A stretch of 64,000 bases of DNA, taken from NCBI GenBank assembly GCA_973895155.1, contig OZ316896.1:14976684-15040683 (forward strand), in the 5' to 3' direction. Of the stretch, positions 58,049 to 64,000 are shown in pieces (position 1 is the stretch's first letter; every line of letters starts with the position of its first letter). A model generated the notes under the pieces. It did no database searches. It was not told where the DNA came from and saw only the letters and a list, made by a program, of their open reading frames with translations. Position numbers and translations under genes: made by a program. This DNA is from Marsupella aquatica. Its lineage: Eukaryota > Plantae > Marchantiophyta.

Positions 58049-58540
58049 ACGTGGAACAAGCAACTTTTTTTGTATTCTTTTCCGTACGTGAAAAGATTGG
58101 TTGTGTCGACGATGAATCAGAATGGATAGGATTTTGATCGCTTAGAATAGTCATGTGTGCAGGTTGTTAACCGGCGAGCTGTGATTGGGGCGCAGCTCCC
58201 CCTCCCTCGTCATCATTTGGCCATTTGGGCATCGGTACCAGCAAGCCCTTTTCACATTCCAATTCTTGGGAGAGACACGACAGCCGTTTGCATTGCAACG
58301 TGTTGATGCATGCCAGCGTCCACTCGAGGGATCCAGGGCTCGAGCCACGTGCTCCGACTTCCCGCATGACTGTTTCCCTCGACTCCTGTCACCTGGCAGT
58401 TGATGGGAACCACAGCTGGTTCTCTCCTTCTCATCTGAATCCAACGTTTCTACGTGGGCATGACAGATCATCATCAACCGACTGCAGAATGCATGGCATG
58501 CTCGAAATTATGTTCGAGACTTCCCACGAAATGATATAAG
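58049..58540 (+). promoter_or_regulatory. LEA promoter with ABRE/G-box and RY motifs and a TATA-like box
   Basis: ACGTGG 58049, TACGTG 58085, GCCACGTG 58344 (CACGTGGC on the minus strand), TACGTGG 58451; TGCATG 58307 and 58490; TATAAG 58535. Confidence 0.6.
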
Positions 58541-58852
58541 TTCAAAACCGCCCCGAGTATGGCAATGCAAATGGTAGTGAGTAGGGATTCCGACCTCTCC
58601 ATGAGAAGCTAAGGAGGTTATGACATTGGATGAAGGGAAGAAGTAGTAGATAGCTTTATCGAATTTCCGTCGGATTTACGCCCAAGGAGAGTGATTTTTC
58701 TGTGTGCGAATGTGGCGAACCGTTAAGTTTTGTAGCATTGTTTGAATGCATGCAGATTAGACCGTTGTGAGGATCAAAACCCAACAGCGAATTGCGGTCC
58801 CCCATTTGTTTCATATAGCGTCGCTTCTGAATCTCGTTCAGAACGAGTAAGT

Positions 58853-60958
58853 ATGGCTGCCCGTTGCAGACGATGGGTGCTGCCACTGCTGTTGATTGTG
58901 CTGCTGCAGATTTCTGTAACGCAAGCTGCGTGGCCATGGACGTCGGAAACTGAAGGCGATTCGGCAGGAGATGTTGCAGGCACTGTAGATGAGTATAAAA
59001 CGAAGGCAGGCGAGCACCTCTCCGAAAGCGCTTCAACTGCGAAGGATAAAGTTGGAGATACTTCAGCAGCTGCAAAGGAGTATGCGGATAAAGCTGGAGA
59101 TACTTCAGCTGCTGCAAAGGAGTATGCGTCGCAAAACAAGGACGAAGCTGTCAATTCCGGTGCAGGTGTCATCGACCGTGCCTTAGAGTATGGACGCTCC
59201 GCCTCGGAAAAATTGGGAGAGACCTACGAGAATGCCAAGCTCAGCATCAATGAGTTTGTAAGCGGAGGAGCAGAGAAGGCCACCGGCACGAAAGATCACG
59301 TAGTTGGCTCCGCGAAAGACGCCGCTGACAGTGAATTAACAGACCCGTACCACTATGCAACAAGGGCTCAAGAGGCAGCAGCGGGAGTTACGGGCTCTGC
59401 CAAAGGGTACACTGGAGCGGCTGGGGAGAAGTTGAACGAAGCCAAGGAGTATGCGAGACAGGCCTCTGGGAAGGTATTCGGGAAGTCGAGTGAAGCGAAG
59501 GATTCTGCAAAGGAGCAAGTAAGCAGCACCGGAGAGCAGGCAGCTGCCACCAAGGATGGAGTGGTGCATTCCGTCGGAGAGTACGCGAGCGCCACCGGTG
59601 AGAAGTTGGGAGATACTTACGACATCACCAAACAGAAAATCACAGGCACAGCTTCTGCTGCTGGAGAGAAAATCATCCCGGACAAAAATAACCCGGACTC
59701 CATCAAGGAGCATGCTACCAAGGCCAGCGAGAAAACGGCTGCCACGAAGGATGAAGTGACCGATTCTACTCGGGACTACTCTAATTTGGCAGGAGAGAAG
59801 TTGGATTCGGCCAGGTACGGAGCTGCAGGCACTGCGAACGAGTATGCTGGAAAAGCCTCGGACAAAGCCGCTGCGAGCAAGGAATCCGTCGGGCAAAAGG
59901 TGGAAGAGACTACGGGAGCAGCCTCAGAAAAAGCTTCAGCAACCAAGAACTCAGCCGGACAGAAGTTGGGAGAGACTGCTGGATCTGTCTCAGAGAAAGC
60001 AGGAGCTACCAAGAATTCAGTCGGACAGAAGGCTGGAGAGGCCTCGGACAAAGCAGGAGCGACCAAGAATACAGTCGGACAGAAGGTTGGAGAGGCATCT
60101 GACAAAGCAGCAGCGACCAAGAATTCGGTCGGGCAATCGCTGGGGGAGACTGCTGGAGCAGCCTCAGAAAAGGCAACCGCGTCCAAGAACTCAGTTGGGC
60201 AAACCGTTGGCGAAACTGCTGGATCAATTTCAGAGAAAGCAGCAGCTGGCAAGGACGCAGTCGGGCAGAAATTGGGGGAGGCCTCGGATAAAGCTGCAGC
60301 AAGTAAGGAGGCAGCTGGGCAAAAGTTGGGGGAAACCTACGAATCGACTAAGCAGACTGTCCAAGATTTGCCAGTAATCACGAAGGATTACAGCTCCAAA
60401 ACTGGGGAGAAAATCACCGACATCAAGGATGAGGTGGTAGGAACTGTCTCAGATGCCACCCGGAAAGCTGGTGCATACGCTTCGGAAACTAAGGATGGAG
60501 TGGTGGGATCTGTTTCGGATGCTACCGGGAAAGCTGGTAAATACGCTTCGGAAACTAAGGATGGAGTGGTGGGATCTGTTTCGGATGCTACCGGGAAAGC
60601 TGGTAAATACGCTTCGGAAACTAAAGATGGAGTGGTGGGATCTGTTTCGGATGCTACCGGGAAAGCTGGCAAATACGCTTCGGAAACTAAAGATGGAGTG
60701 AAGAGATCTACGTCGGATGCTGCAGGGAAAGCTGGTGCATACTCTTCGGAAACCAAGGATCAAACAACGCAAGCCGCTTCCGAACATGGTTCCAAGGCTG
60801 GAGAGTATGCTAAAGCTGCCAAGGATGCAGCAGGGCGACCTTTCGAGAGTGTTACAGAGAGTGCCAAGAATCTCGCTCACGACGCGTCACAAAAGTATAA
60901 CGATGTGCAAACACTAGAGAACAGTGACGACCCTACAACCGTCCACTCGGCATTGTAA
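58853..60958 (+). CDS. Group 3 (LEA_4-like) late embryogenesis abundant protein, secretory/ER type, 701 aa
   Basis: True ATG at 58853 (MAARCRRWVLPLLLIVLLQISVTQAAWPW, signal peptide). A/K/E/T/S/G-rich 11/22-mer repeats (AKEYADKAGDT; ASETKDGVVGSVSDATGKAGKY). C-terminal HSAL. Intronless. Confidence 0.9.
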   Translation: MAARCRRWVLPLLLIVLLQISVTQAAWPWTSETEGDSAGDVAGTVDEYKTKAGEHLSESASTAKDKVGDTSAAAKEYADKAGDTSAAAKEYASQNKDEAVNSGAGVIDRALEYGRSASEKLGETYENAKLSINEFVSGGAEKATGTKDHVVGSAKDAADSELTDPYHYATRAQEAAAGVTGSAKGYTGAAGEKLNEAKEYARQASGKVFGKSSEAKDSAKEQVSSTGEQAAATKDGVVHSVGEYASATGEKLGDTYDITKQKITGTASAAGEKIIPDKNNPDSIKEHATKASEKTAATKDEVTDSTRDYSNLAGEKLDSARYGAAGTANEYAGKASDKAAASKESVGQKVEETTGAASEKASATKNSAGQKLGETAGSVSEKAGATKNSVGQKAGEASDKAGATKNTVGQKVGEASDKAAATKNSVGQSLGETAGAASEKATASKNSVGQTVGETAGSISEKAAAGKDAVGQKLGEASDKAAASKEAAGQKLGETYESTKQTVQDLPVITKDYSSKTGEKITDIKDEVVGTVSDATRKAGAYASETKDGVVGSVSDATGKAGKYASETKDGVVGSVSDATGKAGKYASETKDGVVGSVSDATGKAGKYASETKDGVKRSTSDAAGKAGAYSSETKDQTTQAASEHGSKAGEYAKAAKDAAGRPFESVTESAKNLAHDASQKYNDVQTLENSDDPTTVHSAL

Positions 60959-62821
60959 ATTTTCTGAAACTTCATCATCGCGTGACGTGAGGAGGTCGAG
61001 AAGTTTTAACTGTCACAGATGTTTTGGCAGAGTGTCTAGATTCGGACCTGTAACCAGGCCAAAGTCATCAAAGTCTAACATAGTTGGTGGTCGCCAGTAA
61101 CCTTGACCGGTGAATGTAGGTAGATTTCTCTATCTGGGTTTGAGAACATACTCAAATGGGGACAAGTATCCAAAGACTGTACATCTAGGATCATGTAAAG
61201 TTAGAACTTTGGCTGAAACGACTGGATATACGTACCCAATATCGACTTTAGTGTTGTACTGTTCAGACCAGCAATCTGTGAATAACTATTGAGGGCAAAA
61301 ATTCGAATGCCGAAAGCAATCCTCGGAATTTGTTCAGTAACACATTCAAAGTTGTTTGTACTTACCACCAAATGATTTACAATTCATTTCTAAACGCACG
61401 CATTGGACATACTACTATGCAATCTTCGTAACAATTTCGTAACTCACCAGTGTTGAGGACTGGCATCTGTGTACCACCACACTTGCAGTGGAGCAGGCAA
61501 TGATTTCTCTGTAACGTTCATTTGGAAAAGACTTGTTGTCGACATTACACAATAGTGGGTGTCACTTTCTCCTCTGGTCATCGACTTGGTTTCGCCAATG
61601 TACAGGGTTGGTTGTACAGGATTGGTTGTCACTCTTTCTACCGACTATCGACTTTCTCTTGGGCATCAGCGAATTTCTCTTGCTCAACGTCTCAATTTTA
61701 CGTTTGCTTTAATGTAATTAAGTTTACTGCTGCTACACGCGTTTAGTATGTCCTGATACTCTTGGGTAATTTCTAAACGAACAGTGGAGACGCTACCTCA
61801 TAGCGAAACATCTCAGCAAGCGAACCACTAGTATCTACTAGAAATGTGTAGGCTCAAAAGTAGGTCGAGCCTCCTCAGATCGTTAGTGTCCATTAACCTT
61901 TGCCTTATTGACACTAAGAATTAACCAGGCTTCTAGAGCTTCAAATTCTTTCATACAATTTCTGGCTTAATGTTTCTTGAATCGAAAGTGATTGGAAATT
62001 TGAAGGATTATGTTAGACGTGGTGGGTTTTCCTCATTGTTCCGTGCACTGACATAATTTACGATAATTTTGTTTGTAAAATTGATTTAAGAAGTTGGGAA
62101 ACTGGCTAATAAATCTTCGAACTCCATTTGTTGCGAAGTTTGTCTACCTGCGTTTCCTCCGGACGAAGCCTTGGAACAAGCTTCAGTGTGCAGAATGGCA
62201 CTCTGATCTTAAAATATGACAAGAAAACCTCCTGGGTTTCTGCAAATTCGAAGTCCGTGGACGTAAACTCGTTGTACTTTACACATGACCGGACTTTTCA
62301 ACATATTGAACCTCAAGCTATTCCAAACTAATCTTCTCCTTCTGCGATCAATGAACTTCTTCGCCTAAATAAGGTGGTAAAACAAGTCACGCCGAGAACT
62401 TAGAATGAAGACGATACGAACCTAGAAAGGCTATCACGAAATTGCGTAGATTAATAAGCTCTCCAATTTAAAGTTTCTTACTTCCCCGAATTCTGTTCGC
62501 CAGATAATATAGAAGGTGTTACGTCCAAATCCACGCCACGCCAAAAAGATTGCGATGGATATCCTTCACGTTTCATTTGCTCTTATTGCTGATTTCCAGC
62601 TGAGTAAAAACAACTCATTTCAAACGCGTACAAAATTTTGACTGCAACAACGTTTCCAATATAGCTACAAGAGAAGAAACCTTGATGCAGATCCAGCTAA
62701 ACATAAATGTGTTCTTGTACGGATGCCCACTGCGTACTGAGTGAAGGAGGGAACACCTCTCCAGTAACGGATTCCTAATGTTTACGTCAACCTTTAAAAT
62801 CCAACAATTGTAGGACTCGGC

Positions 62822-64000
62822 TTAATCTAGGTGCCACAACCCAAAAATGTTGTGAGTTTTACTCAGCAGAAAATATCCATCCCAACCCCACGGATTTACT
62901 TCTGGACTCAGAAGGTAAAAACCATATGCAGCGGCAGAGCACACAGCAATAGTACCAGCTGCAGCAGCACACGCAGAGAAGCGAGATGTCTTCCTTAGCA
63001 ATGACTTCGTTACCGATTCAGCTGCCTTCAATTCTGACACGAGCTCTTTGTCTCCTTCTGCATCTTTCAAGGCGTTCCGATGCTGGAAATAGAAAAAGCG
63101 AGTGTTAATAGCATACTCAGCAAACAAGACCAGGAGAAGAGACACTTGAACCAAGAACAGAACAGTAGGAGTGACGCAGGTAGGAAGTTGAAGTTGAACA
63201 CTTAACACGCTCATTGATTCAAAACGAAGGGCCCAAATAGACAAGATCTTGAGTATATTGGTACCTTCAGTGATAAAGCTTGCAAAGTATGTTTGAAGTC
63301 ATCTAGCGGCATCAACCGCGTAGCATTCTCTTTCCAATCGCTGTTGATACGGTTCAAAATCCGAGTACTTGCTTTGAGATTTTCCAGATGCAATTTCTCC
63401 TGAGCAGGTCAACAAGTTTTTTAGTGTTTTCTTTTTGTTAAGAACATTGACATGAATTGCTGAAAAACTTCCAGCTATGAAAAGCACCTGGTTTAGTTAG
63501 AGTAGACCAAACTCAAACCACATAAACAATGTCCAAAATAGGCACGAGGAAACTTACCCACTGCTTGTAGCAATCAGAGTTCTGAGCCAAAGACCACACA
63601 AACCAGCTGATGGCCTCTTGCTGCAGAGCATCATTATCTACAGCACCGAAAAATGTGAGTGACGGATAGGTCTCCAAACTGACACAATACCAGAAGAAAG
63701 AAACCTCTGTACCTCTTGAAAAGACAACCGCGCGAAGTCACAACACTAAAGCAAATACAAGTTCTACATCGCAACTTCAATGCATCAACTCTTCTTTTGA
63801 GAGAGACACCGTAAATTTTGCATAGAAATTAGAAAATTCAGACGCGCTATTTGGTTGATGGTCACCCCGACTAAATATCCTGTACCTTCGGCAGCAATTG
63901 TGAGACTCAGTGGTAGAAGCTGCGGAGCAACAGGTTTTGTCGCTTTACTTCTTAAGGACCCCGCCAGAGCCAATTCCTTCAGAAGAGGATATATTGCTTG
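62822..64000 (-). CDS. TMEM214: TMEM214-like (DUF2359) membrane protein, 3' part
   Basis: Exons 63886->64000, 63558-63637, 63265-63399, 62822-63082 (GT-AG, phase-compatible) give QAIYPLLKELALAGSLRSKATK..AAEDNDALQQEAISWFVWSLAQNSDCYKQWEKLHLENLKAS..WK..TM helix..NPWGW. Matches plant DUF2359 proteins as I recall them. Confidence 0.85.

Noticed and set aside
58742-58852. N-terminal 37 aa of the 738-aa ORF call
   Set aside because: It starts at TTG; the ATG at 58853 gives a clean signal peptide.
58656-60880. Antisense and alternative-frame ORFs over the LEA gene
   Set aside because: Shadows of a repetitive coding sequence.
63400-63487. Possible extra TMEM214 exon (VLFIAGSF...)
   Set aside because: Out of frame with the conserved EKLHLENLK segment; the acceptor at 63400 gives a continuous protein.

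Overview
Eukaryotic, repeat-rich land-plant DNA, most likely from a bryophyte (inferred from the long LEA gene, a CRE-type LINE fragment and the TE types). Only three host-like genes are visible: a small secreted Cys-rich protein (9185-9580, -), a 701-aa secretory group-3 LEA protein (58853-60958, +) and the 3' part of a TMEM214/DUF2359 gene (62822->64000, -). The rest is nested transposons. The best finding is an apparently intact 7.45-kb TTAA-flanked Kolobok-type DNA transposon (11221-18669). It carries a six-exon 756-aa DDE transposase with an inserted SAP/HeH-like domain and a convergent KolX/P2X7-tail-like gene. Other highlights: a SET-domain ORF end directly upstream of a CACTA transposase; a decayed ParB-like + N6/N4-DNA-methyltransferase-like gene split by two insertions, with related fragments at 3-4.3 kb; two TG..CA-bounded, solo-LTR-like inserts (3.3 and 5.0 kb) carrying long ORFs; a decayed Ty1/copia; a solo LTR; a SINE; and a miRNA-like hairpin. 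All family calls come from motif recognition by eye; no database search was run.
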